64,000 nucleotides of DNA from the UHGV virus genome UHGV-1550212. The stretch is one strand, 5' to 3'. Below the pieces are notes generated by a model. That model worked only from the letters and a program-made list of their open reading frames with translations. It did no database searches and had not been told where the DNA came from. The first letter of the stretch is position 1, and every line of letters begins with the position of its first letter. The translations under genes were made by a program, and so were the position numbers. Of the stretch, positions 48,845-58,920 are shown piece after piece. The stretch comes from a virus.

Positions 48845-49876
48845 TCAATTTTGCACAGCATGACCGCAATCGTACACAGGCAAAAAGCCTGCGTCAAGCA
48901 TCTCTTGTGTATCTTGTCCACAATCTTTAACATATTGTCGTGTTTTGAAATTATGCCAATGCTTATGAATTGTTGACTTGTCATCTGACAGCTGTGGATT
49001 GAGCGCGAAGTCAGTCGAGTCTACTGGTTCACCTGCAAGATGCTTTCTAATGGCATCAATGACTTCATTGTCATCCATCCATTCGAATATTGTAATGCAA
49101 GTGTAGCCATGCTTGAGAGCAAGCTGAGTTTTGTTGAAGTGATAGTCGAATGCAAGTGGATGATTATGCGTTGATTTGCCCATTGCATATGCAAATCCAT
49201 ATGCTGCATTGTGTGAAAACGTTGGGTTAATTTCAATGAGCAATTTGCAATGTTCATTGCTGTAGTTCAAATCAAATGAAAATCTATGCAATGAAATTTC
49301 ATCATAGCCACAATTGATGCAAAGTTCTTGCTGCAGTTTATCATGCCAATATTTGTTTATCGCTGAAATTGGGCGACCATTTGCATCTCTGCATCTCTTT
49401 GTCATGCAAAACCATGGCACACCATATCGTTGCAGCGTTGTTGCATTGATTTTTTGTTTAGGCCCAAATGCATTGCCATACAAGCGTTGTTTTGTTTCAA
49501 GCATTTTGTTAATGTTGCTTAGAGAGTCACCCCACTTTGCTCGTTTTGTTTCAATTGATTTTGCGACGTTGCCCCATGCATTGCCGTAGCGCTCTAAATT
49601 TGTTTGTCGTTGTTTAGCGACATTGCCCATGCCATTGCCATATTTTGCACGTTTTGATGCAACCATTTTCGCAGCAACATCTTTGCATTGATTGCTATGT
49701 TCTACACCATATTTGTGCAAACATGCTATTTTTCGATTGTACTTTGTTTTAATTGCGCCATGCGATGTTTTACGTGGCGCATATCTCACAAATGGCGTTT
49801 CTGCAAGCAATTTGTCTCTTTCCTCTTCAAGTTCTTTTATGCGAGCTTCAAGAGCTTCTCCTGTCAATTTTTCCAT
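48845..49876 (-). CDS. homing-endonuclease-like protein, paralogue 3
   Basis: 343 aa, ATG confirmed. N-terminus MEKLTGEALEARIKELEEERDKLLAETPFVRYAPRKTSHG nearly identical to paralogue 2; R/K-YG repeats; C-terminal IEINPTFSHNAAYGFAYAMGKS ... VYDCGH. Sits between the helicase terminator and the clamp-loader promoter. Confidence 0.4.
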   Translation of the reverse strand: MEKLTGEALEARIKELEEERDKLLAETPFVRYAPRKTSHGAIKTKYNRKIACLHKYGVEHSNQCKDVAAKMVASKRAKYGNGMGNVAKQRQTNLERYGNAWGNVAKSIETKRAKWGDSLSNINKMLETKQRLYGNAFGPKQKINATTLQRYGVPWFCMTKRCRDANGRPISAINKYWHDKLQQELCINCGYDEISLHRFSFDLNYSNEHCKLLIEINPTFSHNAAYGFAYAMGKSTHNHPLAFDYHFNKTQLALKHGYTCITIFEWMDDNEVIDAIRKHLAGEPVDSTDFALNPQLSDDKSTIHKHWHNFKTRQYVKDCGQDTQEMLDAGFLPVYDCGHAVQN

Positions 49877-49898
49877 ATGTCATTTGTGTAAATGTCAA

Positions 49899-49942
49899 CA
49901 AAAATAGCGCAGCAGTGTAATCTCACGACTAACTGCTGCGCT
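49899..49942 (-). terminator. rho-independent terminator
   Basis: Stem AGCGCAGCAG / CTGCTGCGCT with a 17-nt loop, followed on the minus strand by TATTTTTGTTG; downstream of the helicase gene. Confidence 0.5.
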
Positions 49943-50110
49943 TGAACATTGTGCTATGAAAGAATGACCATCCCAAACACCCAAACAAGCACAAATGTTC
50001 CGACACAAGAAAACGGAAGAACCCGAAAGAAGCGAGGAGCACGCTTTGTTTGTGACTGGATTGTTATCAATGTATGTACTTATAGGGTGTTTGTTCGTGG
50101 GTTCTTGTCA

Positions 50111-53100
50111 TCAAAAGCTTCGATTCATCAGTTCATCAGCAAGTCGTTCAAGTTCAGTAGCAGCTTTTTGTCGCTTGGCTTCTCTTTCTGCTTCAACATC
50201 TGCTTTGCTTACTGGCGATTCCAAGTCTTTTGCAGGTGCATCTTCAATAACAGTCAAATTGCTGTCATCAAACTTGTTGTCAATGTCAACTCGTTTGAAT
50301 GATATGATGCCTGATGACACCTGAGCTTCTGCTTGTTGTTTGTCAAATACAAGGCTGCTAATTGTTGATTGCAGTTTTGTAGATGCCAGCAATCGTTCTG
50401 TGTTATCTGCAAAAATGTCATCAGTAAACAATACATGCAGCATTTGAGCAATCGAATCACGACTTCTGCTGCAGCCACTGTCAAATGCAGGCAACTGCTT
50501 AATTGCATAGATGTCGCCATCATGTACAGTAATTGCATTGAACATGCGTCTTGCAATTGATGCCACCGAATCAAGTACATCTGGTGATTGCGGCGTGTAG
50601 CCTCGTGAATCGAAGTATATGAGTGCAGAGTTCTTAACAATTTGGTCGACTACTTCTGATGCAATTGAGACTGCATCTTTGCTGTTATTGAAGACATCAT
50701 TTAGCATATATGACACAATCTTGATGTTCGACTCATGCATTGTGCCACTTGAACCCGCATCAAATATTGACACTGCATCTTTGATTGATTTGAGTCTTGC
50801 AAGTCGATACATGTCTTTGTTGTCAATGACATACATATCGATAGTCTTCATGATGGTGTCAAACAAGTAATGATGCGATAGTGTTCGCAATGCATGTCGC
50901 CAATCATCAAACACTCGTCTGTCTTCTACAAGATATGTAAGCTTGCCATTTTTCTTGACAAGTTCAAATCTGTCTGATTCTTGAACTTGCTCTGCTGGCA
51001 AATTCATGATAACTTCGAATGTAGCCTGATTGACAAATGATGCAAACATTTTGCCAATCTTGCTGTTCTTTTCTTGACGGTACTCTGCTCGAGCTTCTTT
51101 TGCAGCATTGAGAACTTGAGCAATCATCATGTCATCTGCAACAACATCTTGCACGACTTTGCATTCATAGCCATACGATGACAATGTGTTCTGAATGATG
51201 ACAAGCTGAGTAGCCCATTGTCGCCATTTCTGCTCAAACATATTGAGCTTATACGCAGTCAAGTGAATCTTGATTTCACCTGTGTACGGGTCACGATAAA
51301 AGTACGGTGCATTGAATGCCCATTCAAAGAAATCAAAGAGACTTCTTGAGTCATTGCGCTTTGTCTGCATTTGCAAAATGTCCCAGAATGACAGCTTTTC
51401 AACATTTGTTAATGTCAAGTCAAGCTCGTCATATGCAGTAATGTTTCGTGGGTCGCCATTTGATTTTGTCATACTGAAATACACATATGACTGAATGGAT
51501 ATTTTGCGAAGCCGTGAGTTAAATTGTTCGATTTCTTGACCTGTAAATGCCTCGTCATAAATGACATCAAATTCATAGCTGTCATTGATATCAATGCCAA
51601 CTGACAAGTAATTTGTGCAGAACAGCAGTTCAATATCACCAATTGTGCCAGATTCATTGATTGATTGAACAAAGTCATGCATTGCATTGTCACGCTTGTA
51701 GTACTTGACTTTTGGATTTCTGCCAAGCATCATTCGAACTGCGCCTACAATTGCATGAGTAAATGCGTCGCCTTTGTTTGTTGGGAACAGAATTCGTTTG
51801 CCTGCTTTAATTGCTGTTGAGATATGTGATGCAAGTTTTGTAATCTTGTCGCCGTCATGTTTGCAGCAGACAAATCTGACACCTTTGTTGTAATTAAGCG
51901 GCTTGTCGCAGAATATGACAGTGTCAAAATGACAGAACATGTGTTCAGCTACAGGTGTGCCTGTCATCAAAATGACTTTTGTCTGCAACTTTGTTAAGTT
52001 GTCAATCACATTTGCAGGTACAACATCACGATATGCAGACATTGTCAACAAGTGCGATTCGTCGACGACAACATAGTCATATAAAATTGACACTTCCTCT
52101 GGGTCAGCTAATGTAAATTTATCGAATGTCAAAGCTACATTGACATGCTTAGACAATTCAAGACCTCGTTGACCAAATGAGCAATACATGCCAAGGTCTG
52201 ACATCTCAATCTTTGATTGCAAGATTGATGTGTATGGTTCAATCAGCATGACTCGTTTTCCATCACGAGTAAGCTGCTTGATAAATTCTGTCTTGCCTGA
52301 GCCTGGCCGTGCAATCAAGTAATTGATGCCAGTTACAAATACTTCTTCAAGTTCATGCTTGTATGTTGACAAGTACTCATTTTCTGCAAGTTTGAAGACA
52401 TGCGTATGTCGAAGTTCAAAGTCTTTTTGCTGTGCAACTTTCGACATAATGTACTGACTGATTGCATCTTCTGTATTGTGTTCAGCAATCAGTTCATTGA
52501 CAGTTACAGATGACTTGTTAGCAAACTTGAATTTGAAGCCGTGCTTTTCACGAAGTTCTTTGACAGATGACCATACGCACGGACAAGTGCCTGCTGCATT
52601 ACGTTCAACTGCAGACCTGAATGAGTTTGCCCAGCTGTTATGCTCTGCATTGAACTTTGGATTACCCGAACACATTTGCAAGAACATTTGCAACACATGT
52701 TCATATTGACCACCTGTAGTTGACTTCAAATCATATAGCCATGCAAGTGTATAGGCCAAGCGATATCTACCAGTGTTGTCGTAGTTTTGTGGAGTGATTG
52801 TGAGCATTGTGCCCTCTTCAATCATTGTGATGTCATCACGTTGAGTGAAGACTTGCTCGCCGTCAGTCATTGCAGTCATATGAGACTTCGGCGCATAATC
52901 AAAACGACCTCGAAGTCTATCAAACATTGTCTTCAGTTTGTCGATGCAAAATTTTGCATCAACTGAAGCATAGATGCTAACATCAAACTCTGGTTGCTCA
53001 ATGAATTGCGCGTTTTGATTGATGATGACATCTTTATCACGTGCAACAAACAACGGCTGACTAATTTTGCAAACAGATGCATCAACTACTCGAGATTCAG

Positions 53101-53710
53101 ACATTTGACCTGACTTTTCAAGTCGTCTTGACAATGTATTGTTGACAGGATGCACTTCTCGAGCCATGTCATGATTGCCCTCTGATTCAAGCTGGTCACT
53201 CAGCAACACAAGGCATTTCCAAATGACATACAATTTTGCCTCATATGCATCAAGATATGCTTTCTTTGCTGCAGAAGCATTTTCAGATGACACAAATACA
53301 GCATCTTCAGTTTGAATTGACAGAGGCTTTGAGATTGTGTAGACGTGCAAGCCTGAACCAGAAGTCGACTTAAGCACAGCAACACACCACGGATATTTGC
53401 AAAGCATTGCAGCCAAACGTGGTTTGATGACTTCTACAAGTTCTTTTGAGTGAAAGTCCAAATCGACTGGCTGCAGACCTGACCAAGTCAAGTAGTCATG
53501 AACTTGTTGTTTTGGTCGAGCAAACATTGTCGATTGCGACACAAAGGGACGATGTGCTTTATCTACTGTGTCAAGTGACTCATCATTTGCAACTTTCATG
53601 ATGAGGTCATACAATGAAATTTGTTGCTTATTGACAGTGTCTTCTGTTTTACGAACACTGTCGCCCATCATGAACTTTATGCCACTGAGCAAATCTTTGA
53701 CGTTTGACAT
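50111..53710 (-). CDS. superfamily-2 DNA helicase (large replication/recombination helicase)
   Basis: 1199 aa, ATG confirmed. Walker A ARPGSGKTEF, DExH box VVVDESHLL, motif III-like LMTGTP; long N- and C-terminal extensions of unknown function. Confidence 0.6.
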   Translation of the reverse strand: MSNVKDLLSGIKFMMGDSVRKTEDTVNKQQISLYDLIMKVANDESLDTVDKAHRPFVSQSTMFARPKQQVHDYLTWSGLQPVDLDFHSKELVEVIKPRLAAMLCKYPWCVAVLKSTSGSGLHVYTISKPLSIQTEDAVFVSSENASAAKKAYLDAYEAKLYVIWKCLVLLSDQLESEGNHDMAREVHPVNNTLSRRLEKSGQMSESRVVDASVCKISQPLFVARDKDVIINQNAQFIEQPEFDVSIYASVDAKFCIDKLKTMFDRLRGRFDYAPKSHMTAMTDGEQVFTQRDDITMIEEGTMLTITPQNYDNTGRYRLAYTLAWLYDLKSTTGGQYEHVLQMFLQMCSGNPKFNAEHNSWANSFRSAVERNAAGTCPCVWSSVKELREKHGFKFKFANKSSVTVNELIAEHNTEDAISQYIMSKVAQQKDFELRHTHVFKLAENEYLSTYKHELEEVFVTGINYLIARPGSGKTEFIKQLTRDGKRVMLIEPYTSILQSKIEMSDLGMYCSFGQRGLELSKHVNVALTFDKFTLADPEEVSILYDYVVVDESHLLTMSAYRDVVPANVIDNLTKLQTKVILMTGTPVAEHMFCHFDTVIFCDKPLNYNKGVRFVCCKHDGDKITKLASHISTAIKAGKRILFPTNKGDAFTHAIVGAVRMMLGRNPKVKYYKRDNAMHDFVQSINESGTIGDIELLFCTNYLSVGIDINDSYEFDVIYDEAFTGQEIEQFNSRLRKISIQSYVYFSMTKSNGDPRNITAYDELDLTLTNVEKLSFWDILQMQTKRNDSRSLFDFFEWAFNAPYFYRDPYTGEIKIHLTAYKLNMFEQKWRQWATQLVIIQNTLSSYGYECKVVQDVVADDMMIAQVLNAAKEARAEYRQEKNSKIGKMFASFVNQATFEVIMNLPAEQVQESDRFELVKKNGKLTYLVEDRRVFDDWRHALRTLSHHYLFDTIMKTIDMYVIDNKDMYRLARLKSIKDAVSIFDAGSSGTMHESNIKIVSYMLNDVFNNSKDAVSIASEVVDQIVKNSALIYFDSRGYTPQSPDVLDSVASIARRMFNAITVHDGDIYAIKQLPAFDSGCSRSRDSIAQMLHVLFTDDIFADNTERLLASTKLQSTISSLVFDKQQAEAQVSSGIISFKRVDIDNKFDDSNLTVIEDAPAKDLESPVSKADVEAEREAKRQKAATELERLADELMNRSF

Positions 53711-53740
53711 ATTTTGTTGATGCTTTTTGTTTGGTCAAAA

Positions 53741-53767
53741 TTATATTGAATATGATACAACACTTGT
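53741..53767 (-). promoter_or_regulatory. promoter-like element upstream of helicase gene
   Basis: Minus strand: GTGTTGTATCATATTCAATATAA, 30-55 nt upstream of ATG 53710. Confidence 0.45.
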
Positions 53768-53778
53768 GACATTTTTGC

Positions 53779-54420
53779 TTAGAATGCGACACCGACATGT
53801 GCGCCAATCATAGCAGCTTTTGAGTCAACTTTCTTCATGCAGCCTGCATCAAGACCTATACGCCATTGTAAACTACTCTTACCAAATTGACGAGTGTATG
53901 ATAGCCAATACATGTCAATTGATTGCTTGTTAAATGTGCCAAATGCATAGTGAAAGTCTACATTATTTCGTGGTGCATCATGGTCAATGACTTTGATTGT
54001 CGTAGTTTGCACTTCACGAATAACTGTGTCTGCTTTGAACATCAAAACGTCCCAATCACGTTGCTTGATTGTGTTTTGCGTAATGTAGTCTTTTATTGCT
54101 ATTTGCAGTTTGTCTGACTTCAATGTGTCTGCATACTCATACTGTGCAAAGTAGTCATTAACATACTGCATAAGCTTTGTAGTGTCTATGTCAACTACAA
54201 GAGTCGTGTCACGATACACTGGCACTGGTATTGTCTTGCCAGGCATATGAACTGTGTCGTGTTTAATAACAGTGTCAGCTTTGACAATTGGCTCTGCATT
54301 TATAGCATCTTGATATGTTTGCCAGTCTTTTGGGCTGACAAAATGCCAATCTTTGAAAATCATGACAGCAGTCAATACAATGACTGCTGTCATGACTATG
54401 ATTTTGAGTGTCTTCAACAT
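53779..54420 (-). CDS. hypothetical membrane-anchored protein
   Basis: Track start 54426 is GTG; ATG at 54418-54420. N-terminal transmembrane segment LKIIVMTAVIVLTAVMIF. Confidence 0.45.
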   Translation of the reverse strand: MLKTLKIIVMTAVIVLTAVMIFKDWHFVSPKDWQTYQDAINAEPIVKADTVIKHDTVHMPGKTIPVPVYRDTTLVVDIDTTKLMQYVNDYFAQYEYADTLKSDKLQIAIKDYITQNTIKQRDWDVLMFKADTVIREVQTTTIKVIDHDAPRNNVDFHYAFGTFNKQSIDMYWLSYTRQFGKSSLQWRIGLDAGCMKKVDSKAAMIGAHVGVAF

Positions 54421-54426
54421 ATTCAC

Positions 54427-56022
54427 TTATGCTTTTGCAGTTACAGATGATAAGACAATTCGTTGCAGGAAATTGCCTGCAGTGTCCATAATGTCCCAAG
54501 TAGTACTTGAGCCCTCATTGTTTGACAATGTAAATCTGATGTAATTCGATGTTCTTGTCAATTCATCGCGAATGATATTGTTGCCTGAACGTGCAATGTA
54601 ACTGCCAAATTTTTGCAATGCTATCTGAGCATTGTCTGTGTCAAGCAATGCAATTGATATGTCTACAGAAGAGCCCTTTGGGCAGTTGATTGTCTTGACA
54701 ACGAACAATGATTGAGCATCATCATTTATCACAAGCTTGCTGATAAGCGTAGGCACAGGTCTGTCAATCTGCAAGACTCTATCTACGCCCGCTTTTGCAT
54801 TGCCAATGACTGTCTTTTGATTGATGACTTTATGCACAATGTCATATGATTCAAATTTGACTTGAGGTTTACGATGCCAGCAAAGCATTGCAATGTCATC
54901 TTCAGACAGAATCAATTGCATTGAACGACTTATGCGTACTTGTCCAAGAGTTGACACGTAATCAAGCACAGCAGTAACATACACAAGAGCCATTTTTGGC
55001 TTGTTATCTGGATTGTCATCGTCTACAATGATAGGCGACCATTCAACTGCTTGTGTCGCGTTGTCAACATTTGCAAATTGCATATGTCGTATGCTTGAAT
55101 CTATGAGAACGCCTTCTGCATTGTATGCTTGCAAGATGACGTCATACGTGACATTCGCATCATCAATCAACTCAAGTCTTGAAATCCAATCTGACAGTTG
55201 CATTGTACGATGCTTCATCTGCATTTCAATGCATGCAGGCGCAAATTCGGATTCTTGTCGCAGTACTACATCTGCATACAAAGTCTCATCTTCATTGCCG
55301 GTCAACAGCAATGCTTGTTTGATTTCTCGAAGAGCAAACTGAGTAAATGTTCTGACTGCCCCAGATACAAGTGACTGCTCAAATGAGTAAACTTTGTCAT
55401 CATACACAAGTCCAATCTCAACATTGATATTTGATTGCAATGCTCGTCTTGTAGATGTGCCAAACACGAACTCACGAACTTTAGACATTTCATCACTGTT
55501 CATTGAACACAAGAAGTCAATATCGACAATCTTGAATTCAATTTCAGTAGTGAACTGCTCATTGTCAATGACGACAATCTTGTTTTTGACAGGTGTAAAC
55601 AATGAACGTGCTTTGATGTCAAGCAATGACATCAAACTGTATTTGACATCATCAATGTCAATTGACAGTCTAAGCCAAACGCCAATGACATTTGATGCAT
55701 AACGAAATCCACTGACTGCGTATAATCTGCATGTCAGATATTGCAGTTTGTCAAGCGATGTCGTCTTATATGCCGAATCTGCAAAATTTGCGACAATTGT
55801 GTCTGTGTATGAGTCTGGTGTCAGATATGTCGGCACCTGATATGTAGTGTTTTGTGCAACTGAACTGTATTCACGAACATTGTGTGTTTCTGCACCATCG
55901 GCATTCAATAGATGCACAACACCGCCACTTGCAATCTTATGCAAGGGCACGTCTGTCATGTCGTAGACACTTGAATCACCAATCTCAAGTGCAAAGTCTT
56001 CAGTCAGTCTCAGTCGTTGCAT
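54427..56022 (-). CDS. hypothetical protein
   Basis: 531-aa ORF, ATG confirmed. Confidence 0.5.
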   Translation of the reverse strand: MQRLRLTEDFALEIGDSSVYDMTDVPLHKIASGGVVHLLNADGAETHNVREYSSVAQNTTYQVPTYLTPDSYTDTIVANFADSAYKTTSLDKLQYLTCRLYAVSGFRYASNVIGVWLRLSIDIDDVKYSLMSLLDIKARSLFTPVKNKIVVIDNEQFTTEIEFKIVDIDFLCSMNSDEMSKVREFVFGTSTRRALQSNINVEIGLVYDDKVYSFEQSLVSGAVRTFTQFALREIKQALLLTGNEDETLYADVVLRQESEFAPACIEMQMKHRTMQLSDWISRLELIDDANVTYDVILQAYNAEGVLIDSSIRHMQFANVDNATQAVEWSPIIVDDDNPDNKPKMALVYVTAVLDYVSTLGQVRISRSMQLILSEDDIAMLCWHRKPQVKFESYDIVHKVINQKTVIGNAKAGVDRVLQIDRPVPTLISKLVINDDAQSLFVVKTINCPKGSSVDISIALLDTDNAQIALQKFGSYIARSGNNIIRDELTRTSNYIRFTLSNNEGSSTTWDIMDTAGNFLQRIVLSSVTAKA

Positions 56023-56089
56023 ATTGTCGAAATCTTGTTTGTGTTATATGTACACAAAACTGCACCAGCAATTTTGCTGGTGCAGCTGG

Positions 56090-56347
56090 TTAATTGTTGA
56101 GATACTGCTGAAGCTCAACTTCTGTTGCAAGTCTACATTGCTTAATATTGAACACTGTCATAATATGACAACTCTTGCATTTATGCCAAATTTCAGCAAC
56201 AGCAGTTTGTGTGTTCTTTGGCAATGAGCGTCTGTACTTGACAATGTCTGTAGTGCCGCAGCATTTACATGTGCCAAGCACTACATACAATTTTGAGTTA
56301 GTCGCGCTCAATTGTGACATGTCTAACTTCTGCTTCTTCATAGCCAT
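56090..56347 (-). CDS. small zinc-ribbon protein
   Basis: 85 aa, ATG confirmed; CKCCG ... CKSCH. Confidence 0.4.
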   Translation of the reverse strand: MAMKKQKLDMSQLSATNSKLYVVLGTCKCCGTTDIVKYRRSLPKNTQTAVAEIWHKCKSCHIMTVFNIKQCRLATEVELQQYLNN

Positions 56348-57719
56348 GCTCTCTTAGCTTTTCAATGAGTGCTTCAACATCTGCTCGATAAGTGTCACGA
56401 TTGTCAGAACGTTCAACTACTTTGTACTCTTTCTTAAGTTCTACAATCTTTGCTTTTAGTTTTTTCTGCTCATCTTGAGTCAATCTGCTGACTGCAATTT
56501 CAAGAACTTTGTGATTGATTGAATGCTCATCAAGAATAGACTTGACTTGTTTAGTAGTCATCTTATGCAGTACAATGACTTCGTCAAGCACAAGTTGAAT
56601 GAACTTCATGATGTCTTCATACCACTGAATTGTAGTACGAATGTCTTCAAGTCGTTTTTGCTTGCGAATTTCATAGAATTGCAAACGCCACTCGACAAAT
56701 CGCATAATGAGTGAACCGACTGTTTTGTATCGACGAATCTTGTCATCGAAGTCAATGACAGTCAAGTTGTCACGTTCAATTCTGCAGAACATTGCAAGAG
56801 TCCAGTACAATGAGTCTTTTGCAAGCAACTCAACAAGTTTTGCTTTCGTAAACTTTATCTCATACAGAATCTTGTCTTTGTGAGAGTAATTTGTCCATGC
56901 TTCAATAATGTCACGGTCAAGCAGCATATTGAGATGGTTTTCATAGCCATCGAATGTGTTATTGTATGGGATTGCAGTTACATTGACTGTAGTGTCATCA
57001 ACAACTTCCATTCGACCATGATGCTCATATACACCATTGACAAGTCGCCATTCTCCTTGCAAGCCTTTGACATACGGCGTAATTTTGCGTTCAGAAATAT
57101 CTTCGCCATCAAGAGCATCAATAACAGCATTGCAAACTTCAATTGGATTACGATTGATAATTGTGCTTGAATAGCCAACCGCGATGCCCATAATTGAGTT
57201 TAGCAAAATTGTGGGCACAATTGGCAGATAAAATTGCGGCTCAACTTCAATGCCCTCTTGCCAACGATTTGTCAGCAACTCATTGTCTTTCATGAGCAAC
57301 TCAAATGCATCTGACAATCGAACAAAGATGTATCGAGGCGCACCTGCATATGGGCTGTAGAATGTACCAAACTGACCCTCACCAATGAAGTATGGAATGT
57401 TCTGCTTAAAGTCCTGAGACATGATTGTGATATTGCCCTCAAGACTTGTCTGGCCGTGTTCGTAACCACCCTCTGCTTTTACATAGCCCGCAAATGCACC
57501 TACAGTTTGCTTAACACCACCTTTAAGACGCTTGAGCGCAACATACATGATTTTTCGTGCAGTAGGCTTAAAGCCATCACGAACATCAGGTATTGCACGT
57601 TCAAATGCAGTGTGTAACGCATACTCTTTATATCGAGTATTCAAAAATTCCGCAATGGAAATTTGAATATCTTGTTCTGTCAATGGTTCTGTGTAAACTT
57701 CTTGTTTTCGTCGTGCCAT
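56298..57719 (-). CDS. DNA topoisomerase II subunit (T4 gp52-like, GyrA N-terminal homologue)
   Basis: Track start 57758 is TTG; ATG at 57719 (MARRKQEVYT) used. ERAIPDVRDGFKPTARKIMYVAL, GQFGTFYSPYAGAPRYIFVRLS and PQFYLPIVPTILLNSIMGIAVGYSS match the GyrA/gp52 breakage-reunion motifs. Confidence 0.8.
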   Translation of the reverse strand: MARRKQEVYTEPLTEQDIQISIAEFLNTRYKEYALHTAFERAIPDVRDGFKPTARKIMYVALKRLKGGVKQTVGAFAGYVKAEGGYEHGQTSLEGNITIMSQDFKQNIPYFIGEGQFGTFYSPYAGAPRYIFVRLSDAFELLMKDNELLTNRWQEGIEVEPQFYLPIVPTILLNSIMGIAVGYSSTIINRNPIEVCNAVIDALDGEDISERKITPYVKGLQGEWRLVNGVYEHHGRMEVVDDTTVNVTAIPYNNTFDGYENHLNMLLDRDIIEAWTNYSHKDKILYEIKFTKAKLVELLAKDSLYWTLAMFCRIERDNLTVIDFDDKIRRYKTVGSLIMRFVEWRLQFYEIRKQKRLEDIRTTIQWYEDIMKFIQLVLDEVIVLHKMTTKQVKSILDEHSINHKVLEIAVSRLTQDEQKKLKAKIVELKKEYKVVERSDNRDTYRADVEALIEKLREHGYEEAEVRHVTIERD

Positions 57720-57740
57720 TGTAGCTAATTTGATTTTATT

Positions 57741-57760
57741 TCCTATATTATTGTACAACG
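57741..57760 (-). promoter_or_regulatory. promoter-like element upstream of topoisomerase gene
   Basis: Minus strand: CGTTGTACAATAATATAGGA; contains the palindromic TTGTACAA core. Confidence 0.4.
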
Positions 57761-57766
57761 ATGTTG

Positions 57767-57940
57767 TTAGATTTGCATCATTTGAATATCTTCAAATCTG
57801 CAAAGCTGCGCAGTAGACTGAATACGGAATACTAAGAATACACCAGAATCAGTGACGCATTTAACAAGTGCATCTTCATTTGTGGGCGTGTACAATACGA
57901 CATCCCAAGGTTCAAGTTGTTTTGCTTCTTCTGCTGTCAT
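57767..57940 (-). CDS. hypothetical small protein (57 aa, not in ORF track)
   Basis: ATG at 57938-57940 (MTAEEAKQLEPWDVVLYTPTNEDALVKCVTDSGVF...), stop at 57767-57769; fills an otherwise uncoded gap. Confidence 0.25.
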   Translation of the reverse strand: MTAEEAKQLEPWDVVLYTPTNEDALVKCVTDSGVFLVFRIQSTAQLCRFEDIQMMQI

Positions 57941-57951
57941 ATGCGTAGTGT

Positions 57952-58920
57952 TTAATCAAGCCAATGCAACATATTCTCATCATCAAAACGAGATTCAAGC
58001 TCTGCTGTCGTAATGAATGCAAGTTTGTTCAGCATATACTGCTGCAATTCACGTTTGCGAATTGATTCAAATCTGACAAATGTTTCAGGCACTTCAAGTT
58101 CACCATCAGCATCATATGTTGCAACAGACGTGTCAACATTGATGTTATGAATCTTTTCACATGACACTCTGTACTTTGTCAAGTCAAAGCCTGGCATGCC
58201 ATCATTACGAGGCAGCAAACTCCACATAGCAAAGTTTTCTACAGCTTCAGCAACAAATGCAAGAGCTTCATGCATGTCAACACTATAGTCTTCTATAAGA
58301 TTTGCATACAATGTAGCTACAATGTTTTGGTGTGTTGCAAGGTCAAGCTTATTACTAATTGCATGCTCAAAAATGTCTTTGAAGTTCTCATACATAGTAA
58401 AGTTCTTCAAGACAAGTCGCTGTAATGCTGTGCGATCTTCAAGAGCTGCAAATGCTGCGTCATCATGCATTGCAGAAGCTGCTGCTTGCTGAGCATTCAG
58501 TACAACTGACACATCATGAATGACAAATTTTGAGTCAATCAATACTGACACTGCAATAAATGGTGCAACAGACTTTGAGTCTTTTTGAGCAAAGTCAATC
58601 TTAATGTGAAATGAATTGCCTTGTCGTGATTGCACTGAATGATAAATGTCGTAGTCGTTGACATACAGCTTAAAGTGCTGCTTGATTGCATCATTGACTG
58701 CATTGATGCCCGCATCATAAATGTTGCCAATCACTTCAAGTGCACGAGTGTTAAGCGTATGTGCAAGAAATGCTACGTTTTGATAGTTGACGAGTTTGTG
58801 AGACAAGTCAGTCGTGCTGTTAAGTTGTCTCATCAAATCATGCAGTGCATCGTATGACAATTTGATGTCATCTAATGTGTTGCACTCATGTATTGCGTTA
58901 ATTTGCTGTGCCAGAGTCAT
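57952..58920 (-). CDS. hypothetical protein
   Basis: 322-aa ORF, ATG confirmed. Confidence 0.5.
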   Translation of the reverse strand: MTLAQQINAIHECNTLDDIKLSYDALHDLMRQLNSTTDLSHKLVNYQNVAFLAHTLNTRALEVIGNIYDAGINAVNDAIKQHFKLYVNDYDIYHSVQSRQGNSFHIKIDFAQKDSKSVAPFIAVSVLIDSKFVIHDVSVVLNAQQAAASAMHDDAAFAALEDRTALQRLVLKNFTMYENFKDIFEHAISNKLDLATHQNIVATLYANLIEDYSVDMHEALAFVAEAVENFAMWSLLPRNDGMPGFDLTKYRVSCEKIHNINVDTSVATYDADGELEVPETFVRFESIRKRELQQYMLNKLAFITTAELESRFDDENMLHWLD

